Below are positions 13,092 to 26,078 of a DNA stretch of 64,000 bases, piece after piece (positions within the stretch are counted from its first letter, which is position 1; each line of letters starts with the position of its first letter). The notes below the pieces were generated by a model. That model saw only the letters and a list, made by a program, of their open reading frames with translations. It was not told where the DNA came from and did not search any database. Origin of the DNA: Paraspadella gotoi (lineage: Eukaryota; Animalia; Chaetognatha). The translations under genes and the position numbers were made by a program. Location: assembly GCA_051294375.1 (NCBI GenBank), contig CM119265.1:13818124-13882123 (forward strand). The letters run 5' to 3'.

Positions 13092-13799
13092 AACGATGAT
13101 GATGATGCTCGCTGATGGTGAAGATTATTATAACGTTGATGATTATTATTATGATGATCTACACGGTTTGGAGAAAGCGATTTTACATTCACTTTAATTT
13201 GAAATTGTAATGACACAACTTAAAATTATGAACGATCCTTCTTTACCAAATTAGTTAATTCGCGGCCAATCTCCGCCCTCTTTTAGTTCTTTTGTTTTCG
13301 TCTCTTTTCGTCATTTTAATTCTCTCCGCGCGGAGACGCTCTCGTTGCCTTCTCTTCTTGTTTTCCAATCACTTTAAGCGTTTCGCTGCCTGTCACCTAA
13401 ATCGCCTCCATAGCCCGTTTCACTCCAACGCTCTTTGCTCCAATTTCCGACTCACAACCGCTCCTTAACTCGTCTTTTCACTTCACGCGCGCTCCACCCG
13501 CTCCACGTCCCCCACATAGCACTCTCTTTTCCACCCCTACCTCCTCACTCTCGTCCTTTCATTCACCACTCTCCTCTCTCAGTTTTCCCCCGCGCGGCTT
13601 CGTTGTTCATATTCGTCTCACCAGGGGCGCTGTCGTCGTCGCTGTCGCTCAGAACAGAAGCCGCTTAGGAACAAAAGGACAAGAAGGGAAAATAAATCAG
13701 CGGGGAACTCCTCGACGGTGGATGATAAAAGGATTTCTATTTCTCTCCATTTTTCTCTCTTTTTTTTTTTTCTTTCTCCGTTGTTTTTTTCTTTCCTTT
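12767..13799 (-). repeat. Right arm of a ~1.03-kb long inverted repeat
   Basis: Reverse complement of about 1479-2503 with scattered substitutions and indels and a different (CAT/GAT)n tract length. Confidence 0.95.
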
Positions 13800-14458
13800 T
13801 TTTATTTTGTTGTTCGATTTAGTTTGAATTAATTTTTAACAGTATAACTTGAAGTAAAATGGCAAGAAATCTCGTTGCCCAGATTGTGCAAAGAACCTAA
13901 AAAGAGATTTGTTTCTATGAATCCATTGCTCTATTTTTCCTCATCAACCCCTGAGATTTTTGCTCCGGATTTATTATCCAATTTTCCACTTTAGTTTAAC
14001 CAATTTTTTTTTTTTCCTGCTCGGGCAAAAGAGCAATCGAGCTTGAGTAAGAGTGGCAATCAGAGGCCAGAATGAAAATGCTATTATTGAAAAAGGTCTT
14101 TACGGGAATTAATTTAATTGGGTCTCCATTTTAAAAGAATCCCGCGAGTGAAAGTTTCAACTCCTTCCAACCCATCGGTTTGACAAAAATAACAAACTCA
14201 ACAACCATTTTTTTTTTTGTTTTCAAATTATTTCATTGACCCTGATTAAGAAAGGTTGTTGCTATTGGTAACACGGACGCCACTACCGACCACCCCGGTC
14301 CACGGCCACTGAAACCGATCTGTTTTCACCACCCTCAACGATCGGAATAAAAAAAAATGGCGGCCTCCATATCAGACTTCATCTGGCGACTCAAACGAGA
14401 TAATTCACGACGACAGATTTACTGCCCTCTCTTTTAGATTGAACAGGCGCCCTCCCAA

Positions 14459-14770
14459 TCTTTCTTTTTTTTTATATTTTTTTTTTTCTATTTTTTTTTT
14501 TAGTACATCTGTCTTTCTTTCTATCTTTCTTTCTTTCTTTCTTTTTTTTATATATTTTCTTGTTTTTTTCTATTTTTTTAGTACTTCTGTCTTTCTTTCT
14601 TTCTTTCTTTCTTCTTTCTTTCTTTTTTATATTTTTCTGCTTCTTTCTTTCTTTTTTCCGTTCTTCTACTTTTTTTTCTTTATTTTTTTCTCTCTTTCTT
14701 TTTTTTTTTTTTTTTGCTTTTCAGTCTTTTTTTCATTCCTTTTTCTTTTTTTTTTTCTTTTTTTTGTTTT
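14459..14770. repeat. T-rich (TTTC)n low-complexity tract
   Basis: About 310 bp of almost pure T/C, with an internal duplication of tttttagtac(a/t)tctgtctttctttct. Confidence 0.85.
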
Positions 14771-15956
14771 GGAAGCATAAATTGAGAGTTCGTAACAAGT
14801 CCAAAACATTTAACCACAACGCTGTTTTATTTTTATGTTTTTGCGAAATATGATTAGTGTTTAGACAAAGCGGTCATTAAATAGAACAGTGAATTCGTAT
14901 AATAACCAAACATAATTTTGTTTCAAAACTTTTCGTTACTCTTAATATTCTCTCCTTTACCCCATTTTTCCACTGTTTTTATCCGAGACAAAAGGATAGA
15001 ACGAAAACTTGCTCTCCCATCTTCCGATCTCATTCATTCCCCTTCACCCAACTTTCTTTTCTTCCTCCTCCCTTCTTTCCTCCCTCCCTCCCTTCCTCCT
15101 ACCGTCCAAAGCACTCTCGGCCTCCCCATCATGATCATCCAGAATTGGTTTCCACTCAGAAATTCCGACAAAAGAGAAGAATCTTCGAAACACAAGTTCC
15201 ATCATCATAAACCAGTTTTTTCTCCTCCACCCCACCCCCAACACAACTTTTTTTTTTTCAAAGAACCCAAATTTCGGTTTTTCTAGCATTTTTCTCCATT
15301 TTCCTCGTCGCCATCATCATCGTCGTCAACATCGTCGTCTATCGTCACAACCTTGAGCCATTAAGGATTTTTCCACCGACCGGAAAAAAAAACCCATAAT
15401 GGTTCGTGAAATCGTTTCAAACTTTCTCTTCGCGTCGTCAACAACGTTTGTGGCGTGGCGTCGTCTGTCGTCGTTTCGTCGTCGTCGTTGGCCCGGTTTT
15501 TTTAGGGGGCGGTGGGGAATCATTATAACTCAGACGTCGACTTCCTTCGATTTTTCCAAATTTTATCGTCATAAATTTAGATCCCGGCACCGGAGAATCT
15601 TAGAAAGGTTATTTCTTCGCGGTATAGCCGATACTCGTCAATATGGAGTTACAATTTAGAATTCTTTTAAATTTACATATTATAAACAATTAACCATTTG
15701 AGTGCAAACGGATTATCTTGGCTCAATATTCTTAAACCCAACGGAATTCATTTTCCGTTATTCAATAAGTATCCGATTAACTCGCAAATTTTGAAAAGAT
15801 TTCGAAAGTTGATCTCATTTTTTTCCATTTTAATCCGGAAAAATATGACATTAAGTTTCCTCGTGACAATTAAGATCTCCATTGAATTCGTCTCTATCCT
15901 CTCGGAAGTCGTCGGTTATGCCGCGGCTAAGGACGTCGATTTAGACCCCAGATGTT

Positions 15957-15995
<39 letters not shown>

Positions 15996-17579
15996 TTTGA
16001 CGTCACTCTGAGATTTGAAAAGAAAAAGAAAATTGAGTTTCAGTCTCTTATTAACAATAAATTTGTTGCTCTTTTGTCGCCGCCTTCAATACCTCTCTCT
16101 CCCGCCAGCCGCCGCCAACTGCTCCAACAACATGGCAGACGCAGCAGGCGTCTCCGCCGCCACTTTTCCGATTCCCCCGCTTTCGTGTATTGATTTTCTT
16201 TTTAATAATGTACTCCGATATTTCGTTCCCATCTCTCTTAGATGTCGCTTTACTAATTTTCCATTCGCTCTCTGTCTCATTTTCTGTCTTTTCTCTTGTT
16301 TAATCTTATTGGTCTTTTGTTCTTCGTCTTTGACTGGTATCACTGGATCGAGAGAGATTCTGGCGTTGCTTCACATCTACTGGCGTTGGTTTAGAATTGA
16401 TAACAAACAGCGATTGTTTTTGGCAATGAACATTGGTATTTTTCGGACGCTGTCCGCATTTTCTTTTTTTTTTCTATTCATAAAATTTAGTCCAGAAATC
16501 GTTACCAAGTCTGAGATTATAAATTTATATAACGAGGGTCTTAGTCAACCTTGGACTTTGTCACCGCGAACAAGAAATCTTTTCCCTTTCATCCGATGTC
16601 GTCGCTTCATTTGCATAAACGACGACGACGACGACGACGACCGCAACTTAGACGACGGTAACGTCGCTGAAGAAAGCGACAGCAACAGTAGAGACGTCGA
16701 TCGCTGACGCCGACATTCAGTGAGAAATAGACGGACGTTATTGACTTCGTGATACGGCGAGGCCCTTGTGATTTGCGAAATAAAACAACGTTGGCTGTGC
16801 GGGTTGCTGTTCGCCTAATTTTTATCTAAAAATCATCATCAGCGTTTAAATCGGCGACCGCCCCACGTCTTCCATATGAAGGGGAAAAAAGGAATAGGAT
16901 TATTAGGAAGTAAGCTTATCAAATCCATACCGCCCCATTTCCAACTTCCCGCCGATTTCCCTCACTCCCTCTCCCCCTCTCTCTCTCTCCCCAGTTCCCA
17001 CCGCGCCGGCCTCCCGGCCTCCGCTTCCTCTTCATTTGAATTCCATTTCTTGTTCTGAAAATGAGCAATTTCCTGGCCGCGATTATGTGCGCCCAAGCCT
17101 TCCATTGTCTCTCCCACAGCTCTTTTATTTATCGAAGACGAACCGATGGCAGCGACGGCTGTTGTTGTCGCTGTTTTTTTTTTTCCTGTTGCTGTTGCTT
17201 TGACGCTGTTGTCACGGTTGTCACGGTAACGGTCTTGTTTTCTCGTCGACTCGAGATGAAATGAGAAAAAAAAAAATGTTGTGGATGAACCAGACGAACG
17301 AAAGCTTCTACTTCTTTGGAGACAGGTTATTGAAATTAGAAAAATATAGAAAAAATACCTGCTTCTTTCAAAAACACTGTGACAGTAAACAAACAAACGG
17401 GAAGGTTGAAAAAAAAAAAAAACCCCAGCGTTGGATCGACGCGATGTTGGCGTCCCCTTAATGAGGACCCCTCCTCTTTGAATTGCGCGGGAACAAAAGC
17501 CTTTAGGGGTGGAATCTCCCGGAGTTGATGAGCAATTAAGGATGCAATCCTTTCTTTTTATTTCTTCTTTTCTTTTTCA

Positions 17580-17682
<103 letters not shown>

Positions 17683-19870
17683 TCAAGTTCTCTCTCTAAG
17701 GTTCTGTCTTTTTCTCTCTGCCTCTTATCGTTGATATTCCCACGTATCTTTTGTTTCATTCGTCGAGCAGGTCACGTGCTGCCTCATAGCGGACGATTAT
17801 TGATTGAGCTTTCACAATCACGAGAGGATTAGTTATATTAAATAAAACGGGAAGCTTGCGCGGCTTTCCGTAGGATTTCAATAAAATACGGGTTTTAAAG
17901 CGAAGAATCAATGAAAAGAATTTATCATTGGCATTAAAGACTCTTTAATAAAGAGCGGTTCTTTTTCATCCAATCGTAATTCGTTGTTATTTTCCTTCGA
18001 CCAGTTTCGCTTCAGGGGCAATGATTTCTTTACGACATTTCATTGACTCCTTAACAGTTTCTTGGCTGAACTTAGTGATAAAAATTCGAGATCAAAGTGG
18101 AATTAATAAACGCGATCAATACACGCGATAATATTCGATCTTGACTCCTTTTTCACCTCCCCTTATATTTTCCGCGTCTTTCTTCTAACTTATCTCTTCC
18201 TTGGACCGACTTATCAAATCTCTTCTTCCAACCTTTTTCTCCATTTAACTTTTCCCTCGTTCCGCATCAACTCATCTTTTTCCCCTCGTCTCTTTCCTTT
18301 CTTTCCTCCTTTCCTTCTCTCAGCCATTTCCTTTCTCCTCCTTCTCCCGATCCGAGCCAAAGGTGATTCTCTTTTCAGCCTCGATTCGCGTTAAATGATG
18401 GTGATGCTCGGTGTTTCTATCGTCGTTGTCGTCGTCGACTTTTTCTTCCCATCAGCCATCGCATCTACCTTTGCTGTCCTTGTCCTACGTGTGGTATCCT
18501 CGTTGGCGTCTCCTTTGTCGGTTGTGTCATTCGTTTACGTCTTCGAGCGCTAACATCATCTTCTTGTTCCTCTACGTAGATGTAAATGTTTATCGCCTTT
18601 GTCATTTTCATTCATCTTTCTAACAATCCTAATTGTCGTTTCGTGTCTCTTTGATGTGCTCCCTTGTCTGCTTTCTCAAGGTTTTTCCGTCGCCTTTGTC
18701 GTCGTCGTACTCGCCAATGTTGTCGTTCCAGCTTCGCTCGTCGTCGTCATCGCCCGGACGTAATGATTGATGCGGGTAAATGGATTAATAACCGACCGGC
18801 GACTTTCGCGTGGACGTCGAAAGCAAAGGGGGGGGAGGGGGTAGAAGGGGTTAGAGGGGGTGGAAACAGCGATTGAGAGATGAGAGAGAGAAAGTCAGAG
18901 GGGTCGGAGGAAAGGGAGCTCTCAATTTGAAAGGGCAGTGTGACTCAAGGCGAGTGAAGGAGGTGAGGGGAGAAAAAGAGGAGGCCAGGGGAGTGGCTGA
19001 AATTATCGAGAGACTTGGCGCCGCTCGGAGCTGATCTGGGACGCGCAGTTGGACGCGCGCCCCCGGGCAAAAAACGAAAGGCGAGGCGAGAGAGACGCGT
19101 CTAGGACTGGTCCAGGTTGCGCCGATGGGAGGAGAAGGGATTAGTAATGAATATTGGTGAGTTAGAGGGGAGAAAAAAACTTGAGAAGCGGGATGATGAA
19201 GGAGAAATTCAGATTTGCAATTGAAGTTGTTTCTTTGTATGGGATTCATCGATCGTTTAGGAGAATGTAAAGTCGGCGGTGGCAGCGGCTGTGGCGTCGA
19301 CGGCGACCGCGGCGGCGGCGGCGACCGCGGCGGCGGCGGCCCTGTCGATGACCTCTCGAGTGACCTTCCATCGATTTTTTGATGAGGAAACCAAGAAATC
19401 GGTTTTTCAAGGAGACGATTATCGGATCCACTGGCGACCTCTTCGTTTCTCAATTTCTTTTAATGTTTTCGGCTGGGAAATCTTGTTATAATTGGTTTAG
19501 CCGCCATTTTGAAAGGTAAAAATTGATTTTTCTAGCTGTATCCTTTTTTTTTTTTTTTTTTGGTTAAGTTTGGTAGGTTCTTCATATACATTATATAATG
19601 TATAGTAATATCTGGTAGAACCTTTTGTTTAAATTGTTTAATGTCAGTTATCCATCAAAGCGAACGAGCTCAAAACGGCCAACATAAAACGAGACCAAAA
19701 AAAATCGTATAAAAATGCGAGGTAAAAACCCGAATATATTTGTAGCAGAAAGCTGAAACGCTCGGGAGACATTTAAGCGATTTATCAGTTTTTCCCAAGC
19801 TTTAGTTTACGGTTATGCTTTCTACAATTCCTATAAGTTGACACTCGGGAAACTTTATGATTATCCACAC

Positions 19871-19940
<70 letters not shown>

Positions 19941-20445
19941 CCTCACCCTCTCCCTTCTCAAAAAATATCCCTCTTTTCATTGCTTCTATTATCGTTTGGT
20001 AAATTGCCTCTAGTTATTCTCTCCTTTGGCTCCGTTGATAAGACTTTTTTTTTCTTTCTCTTCCCCCATTACTCTCTAATGTGAGGAGAACAGAGGACGG
20101 TCGAACTCGCAGCCTCACATGGAAATCTTTCTTCACTTTATTTCAGTTTTTAATCAACCAGAATTAAATTGAATAAAGTTTCGCCACCACCGTCTGTAAT
20201 TTCCACAACAATAGTTAACTGTCAAATTGCCAAAACAATACCTTACCGACTTGAGCTTTCACAATCCAGAAAAGACGAATTCGTCATCTCCATTTGTGAC
20301 AATATTTTGATATTGATAAAAACTTAAACTAGACCACCGTAGCCATAATCTAGACTCGTACCGCAATTCTCCGGCCAAAGAGACGTCCTTCTGCGTCGAC
20401 TTCACATAATCTTCTTCGTTCGTCGAAACCCGATTATTCGCTTCA

Positions 20446-21028
20446 TTCAATTACCATCCAGAGAGATTCTATCTCAGACGACAATATTTTCTATTTTTTC
20501 GATATTCTAATTTACTAGTGCTCCGTTTCAATTACCATCCAGAGAGATTCTATCACAGACGACGATATTTTCTATTTTGTCGATGTTCTAATTTACTAAT
20601 GCTCCGTTTCAATTACCATCCAGAGAGATTCTATCTCAGACGACGATATTTTCTAGTCTATTTTTCAATGTTCTATTTCTGAGTGCTTCGTTTCACATTT
20701 CATCCAGAACGAGTTGCTATCTCAGGCGCACGATATCTTTCTATTTTTTTCGATGTTCTAAGTTACTAGTGCTCGTTCAATTCCATCCAGAGAGAGTCTA
20801 TCTCAGACGACGCATATTTTCTTTTTGTCGATGTTCTATTTACTAGCTTCGTTTCCAAGTTTCCATCCAGAGATTCGTATCTCAGACGACGATATTTTCT
20901 ATTTATGTCGATGTTCTAATTTACTCAGTGCTCCGCTTTCAAATTACGATCCAGAGAGATTCTATCACGACGACGATATGTTATATTTGTCGATGCTTTC
21001 TAAATTTAGCCTTGTGCTCCGTTTTCCC
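20446..21028. repeat. 81-bp minisatellite, about 7 units (copy 1)
   Basis: Unit ttcaattaccatccagagagattctatctcagacgacgatattttctattttgtcgatgttctaatttactagtgctccgt; ccatcc recurs at 20454 and 20535. Later units are indel-ridden. Confidence 0.92.
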
Positions 21029-22253
21029 TTCAGGTTTAGACTCTTTAGCTCCGGATATTTTGAATCTCTTTTATTCTTTCTTTTATTATCAAGTCTTATT
21101 CTTTTACGCCTTCATCTCCGAATATTCACTCCCCTTTGTAATGTGTCTTCAAATTTTTAGTAATCCGCTCACTTTTCCATTAATTTCCTTCTGTATGGAT
21201 CAACCCCTCCTGCTATTTTACATACTCGCTAAAACATTTTTCCTGCCTTCAACTGATTTTGTTTTTGTTTTCCCATCCAATTTCTTCTTCTTTGTTTTTC
21301 CTTTTTTTCTTTTGTCAAATTTATTCCATTCCCTTTTTTTTCCTCCATCTCATAGCGGAAATATTATTCTCGAAATCTCTTTAATATTCTTCTTTTCTGC
21401 AATTCTTTCCTTCCTCCTTATTCTCCTGGTTCCTCCATTGCCGCCTCGTCGTACTTTCCTCCTTCTTTCCCTGTCCGTTTCTGCTACCTCATTTCTCTAG
21501 AATCCCTCAATAGTGCGCTTATTCCAATCCAATATGAGCGTCCAATATGGCGAGCTGGAGTCTCCGATTTCCCCGCGCTTTAATTCCCTTACGCGCGCCT
21601 CTATATGTACCGCTTACTTCCCTCCCCCGCCCCTTCGTCGAGGATACACAGGGCGTCTCACCTGGCGATAGGACTAGATTCTCCGGACTCTCACAAAACA
21701 TGAGGCCAGGTTCACGAACCCATTGATTTCGTTTTCTTTATCACTTCTTTTCTTTCCCTTCCTATCCTTAACGATTGGATGATAGAAACTGTCATTATGA
21801 GAATGGAGATCAGGATTCACAAGTCAAGGATACTTACTTTACTTATTCACATTCACGCTGAAAAAATTTCATCCTTTTCATTCACATTTCACCCCCCACC
21901 CACCCCTCGCCCACCGCCTCCACCTCCGTCCTATCTACGTTTATCCTTCTTTTTTATTTAAACGATTTTCAAGATTTTAACAAATTTTTCCTGTTTTTGT
22001 TTTCTTTAGCTGCCTTTTTTACTGCTCTAACGCTTTTAGGCCTCTCCTCCCGTTTCGGTCTAATCTGCTTATTTTTTCCCCTTCTCTTCCTCTTCGTCCT
22101 CCTCCTCCTCTTCCCTTTCGTCCTCCTCTTCCTCCTTCCTCAATTCATTCCTTCCTCCCTATTCTTCTTGCCTCCCTAATCCCCATCTCCTTTTCTCTCG
22201 GAGAACTCTAGCTCCAATAATATTAAGCAGCGTTTTATCCTTATTAGCACTCT

Positions 22254-22296
<43 letters not shown>

Positions 22297-23787
22297 TCTC
22301 TCTCTCTCTCTCTCCCTCGTTTGTCTCCAATTATGTCTTTAACAATTATATATTAAAAACGGATGCTTAACAAATTCTGAATCAATTGCTTACATTCGGC
22401 GATGCCCTCAACCTCTCAATGCCCGGAAGGCTACCTGCCATTGCCATGCCCATTGCCATACTTGCAGAAACGTGAATCCACTCCAGTGGTTCGATGTCAA
22501 TCTGCGAGCACACCATAAAAAGAAATCCATTCCATTCTGAGAGATTGCCGTCGCAGCTGTGAAGACGACGACGAACGACGACGAAAAAGCGATGCAAGTG
22601 TCAGTTACAGAGATACACTCTGCGCATTTAATATACCCTAACCGATACATTAAGAGTAACAGCCTGAGTAAGCAACCCTGAGTTGCGCTATTGATCAATA
22701 TAGTTATATCACATTCATTCTGCAATTCCGACAAAACGAATCCGACGGCGACCGAAAATGACGACGACGACATATTTGGTCACCTCTCCGGCACCGGTCG
22801 GCTGCGCACGGCTTGAGCTTATGGGTCAGAATTGGTCAACCCTGTATGGGTGAAATCGGCGAAGCGAGAGGACTTGTAAGAATTTCGGTCAAAGGTCGAA
22901 ACCGGTAAACCACTGAACGAGCTCGAGTTGTTACTGTGCGAGCTGCGAACGTCAGCATCGCGGGAAACATGATAAATCGTTGAAAAATGTTAATGAAAAA
23001 AAAAAAAACTTCTTCATTGTCTTTTATTTAGAAATGAATTAGTTATGTTGGTTTATTTGTTTTCACCCTAATTTTAGAACGACTGTCTCAGCATCATGTT
23101 GGGAAAATAGCCATGCCAACTCACTATTTTCTGCCGTCTTGCTTCGGGCTGCTCCGTCTGCCCGTCCACTCTGTCTGGCCATTTCAAATGCTTTTCTCAA
23201 GCACTCGGCCTTCCCAAACCCATATTAAGACAGACCTTTCTTCTTGAATCTGTTGGCTAAAAATAAAAGGCGATTGTACGATCAACCTCGTTTAGCACAA
23301 TGAAACGTTTGAACGAGGTACAGATTTTCCTTTCTTCAAATCAAACTCGTCGATGCTTTCTTTCTTGTTTACTCTCGTCCGAGAAAGAATGGGTCTTCTA
23401 TCTTTATAAACGGGGTCTGTAACCTCTGGTAAAGCGTAACTCGTTTACGAAAAAGTGAGGGAGGTGAGTGAGGTGCTTTCACTCTTTTTCGTTTTCTTTT
23501 TTAAGCTGTAGTCTATTCACCTTAAACGGTCTTTCAATAGACTCTACTCGCTTTTTTTTCTCTATTTAACATGTTTTGTTTTAGTCGTCATTGATTTTGT
23601 CTTTAGTATACATTTATCTTTTCTAATCTATCATCTATGTTCTTTATTAGTGTAATATTTCTTCTCCTTTTCTCCTTGGACGCTGGTAACGACGATTTAT
23701 TTTTCTTTAGCTAAATCAAATATTTTTTTTCTAGTATCCATCATTATTTTTTTCTTTTTCTTCGAAAACAAAAGGGCGATCGAAACC
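20446..23787 (+). repeat. First copy of a ~3.2-kb direct duplication
   Basis: Collinear with 24404-27556 from the minisatellite to aaagggcgatcgaaacc; about 22180-22480 is identical to about 25960-26260. Confidence 0.93.
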
Positions 23788-24175
23788 GCGTACGGCCGTC
23801 TGGCGGAAGATCGGGAAAATATGCGATATTCTTCGCCCTTTTTTTTATTTGCTTTACGTTCGGTTATGCGATCCTCATACTCGTTATTGAATAATTTTAC
23901 AAGTAGAGGATTTTAAAAGGATCTCGTCACGCACATCTTGGCCGGTTTTATTGTCCACTTTAATGTCATCTCCAGGAAGGAAATGGTCCTAGCTTTCACT
24001 TAAACGATCTAACATAAAAAATTCGCTTTTAAGACTGAAAACTCCCGTTCGCGATTTTAGCTCTAAATAAGATTTCTAACGAGAGTTTCGACCTAATTTT
24101 TCCTCTCTTTTTTCTCTGCCCTGATATCCCCTTTTCAAAACTCTCTCTTTCTCTCTCTCTTCTCGTCTCTCCTCT

Positions 24176-24231
<56 letters not shown>

Positions 24232-24403
24232 GCCACGAACCACCCCATTTCCTTTCATGCTTAATTCAACTTCAATCAAAGTAAGGAAATCATCTGATTG
24301 AATGATTGCTCGCTCGCTCTCTCTCTCTCTCTCTCATCTCTCTCTCTTACTCTCTCCTCTTCTCTACTGTGCTCTTCTNNNNNNNNNNNNNNNNNNNNNN
24401 NNN

Positions 24404-24718
24404 GAGAGATTCTATCTCAGACGACGATATTTTCTATTTTTTCGATGTTCTAATTTACTAGTGCTCCGTTTCAATTTCCATCCAGAGAGATTCTATCTCA
24501 GACGACGATATTTTCTATTTTGTCGATGTTCTAATTTACTAGTGCTTCGTTTCAATTTCCATCCAGAGAGATTCTATCTCAGACGACGATATTTTCTATT
24601 TTGTCGATGTTCTAATTTACTAGTGCTCCGTTTCAATTACCATCCAGAGAGATTCTATCACAGACGACGATATGTTATATTTTGTCGATGTTCTAATTTA
24701 CTTGTGCTCCGTTTCCCT
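24404..24718. repeat. 81-bp minisatellite, about 4 units (copy 2, starts at a gap)
   Basis: Same unit, nearly perfect; appears as a 27-aa repeat in ORF 24302-24727. Confidence 0.95.
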
Positions 24719-26035
24719 TCAGGTTAGACTTTTGTCCCGGATATTTTAATCTCTTTTATCTTTCTTTATTATCAAGTTTTATTTCTTTTACGCCTTCATC
24801 TCCGAATATTCACTCCCCTTTGTAATGTGTCTTCAATTTTTCTATAATCGCTCTTTCCATAATTTTCCTTCTTTATTTTTCAACCCCTTCCTGTTTTTAA
24901 TGACTCGCTAAAACATTTTTCCTGCTTCAATATTTTGTTTTGTTTTCCCATCCAATTTCTTCTTCCTTTTTTTTCCTCCGCTTTTTTCTTTTGTCAACTT
25001 TTTCCATTTCCTTTTTTTTTTCCTCCATCCCATCGCGGAAATATATTCTCGAAATCTCTTAATATTTTCTTTTCTTCAATTCTTTCCTTCCTCCTTTTCT
25101 CCGGTTCCTCCATTGCCGCCTCGTCGTCTTTCCTCCTTCTTTCCCTGCTCCGTTTCTGCTACCTCAATTTTCTCTAATCCCTCAATAGTTGGCGCTTAAT
25201 TCCCAATCCAATATGGCGTCCAATATGGCGAGGCTGGAGTCTCCGATTTCCCGCGCTTTAATTCCCCCTCGCGCGCCTCTATATGTACCGCTTACTCCCT
25301 CCCCCGCCCTTCGTCGAGGATACACAGGGCGTCTCACTGGCGATAGAGACAGATTCTCCTGACTCTTCACAAAAACATGAGCCAGGTTCACGAACCCATT
25401 GATTTCTTTTCTTTTCTTTCTTTTCTTTCCCTTCCTTTCCTTTTAACGATTGAGAGATAAAACTTGTCATTATGAGAACTGGAGATCAGGATTCAGCAAG
25501 TCAAGGATACTTACTTAATACTTATTCACATTCACGCTGAAAANNNNNNNNNNNNNNNNNNNNNNNNNNNNNNNNNNNNNNNNNNNNNNNNNNNNNNNNN
25601 NNNNNNNNNNNNNNNNNNNNNNNNNNNNNNNNNNNNNNNNNNNNNNNNNNNNNNNNNNNNNNNNNNNNNNNNNNNNNNNNNNNNNNNNNNNNNNNNNNNN
25701 NNNNNNNNNNNNNNNNNNNNNNNNNNNNTTTTTTTTAAACGATTTTCCAATTTTTAACAATTTTTTCCTGCTTTTTTTTTCTTTAGCTGCGCTTTTTCTG
25801 CTCTAACGCTTTTAGTGCCTCTCTCCCGTTTCCGTCTAATCTGCTTTTTTTTTCCCCTTCTCTTCCTCTTCGTCCTCCTCCTCCTCTTCACCTTTCTCCT
25901 CCTCTTCCTCCTTTTCCTCTAATTCATTCCTTTCCTCCCTTTTACTTCTTTCCTCCCCTAATCCCCATCTCCTTTTCTCTCGGAGAACTCTAGCTCCAAT
26001 AATATTAAGCAGCGTTTTATCCTTATTAGCACTCT

Positions 26036-26078
<43 letters not shown>

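Noticed and set aside
14354-14368. AAAATGGCGGC YY1-like promoter motif (similar at about 1957, 25211 and 53224)
   Set aside because: Short motif with no associated gene start; also common inside repeats.
16015-16707. 230-aa hydrophobic ORF
   Set aside because: TTG start; hydrophobicity follows from T-richness; ends in a (GAC)n tract; no family motif or splice support.
20446-21028. Regularly spaced repeats as a possible CRISPR array
   Set aside because: The units are contiguous with no unique spacers, the context is eukaryotic, and there are no cas genes.
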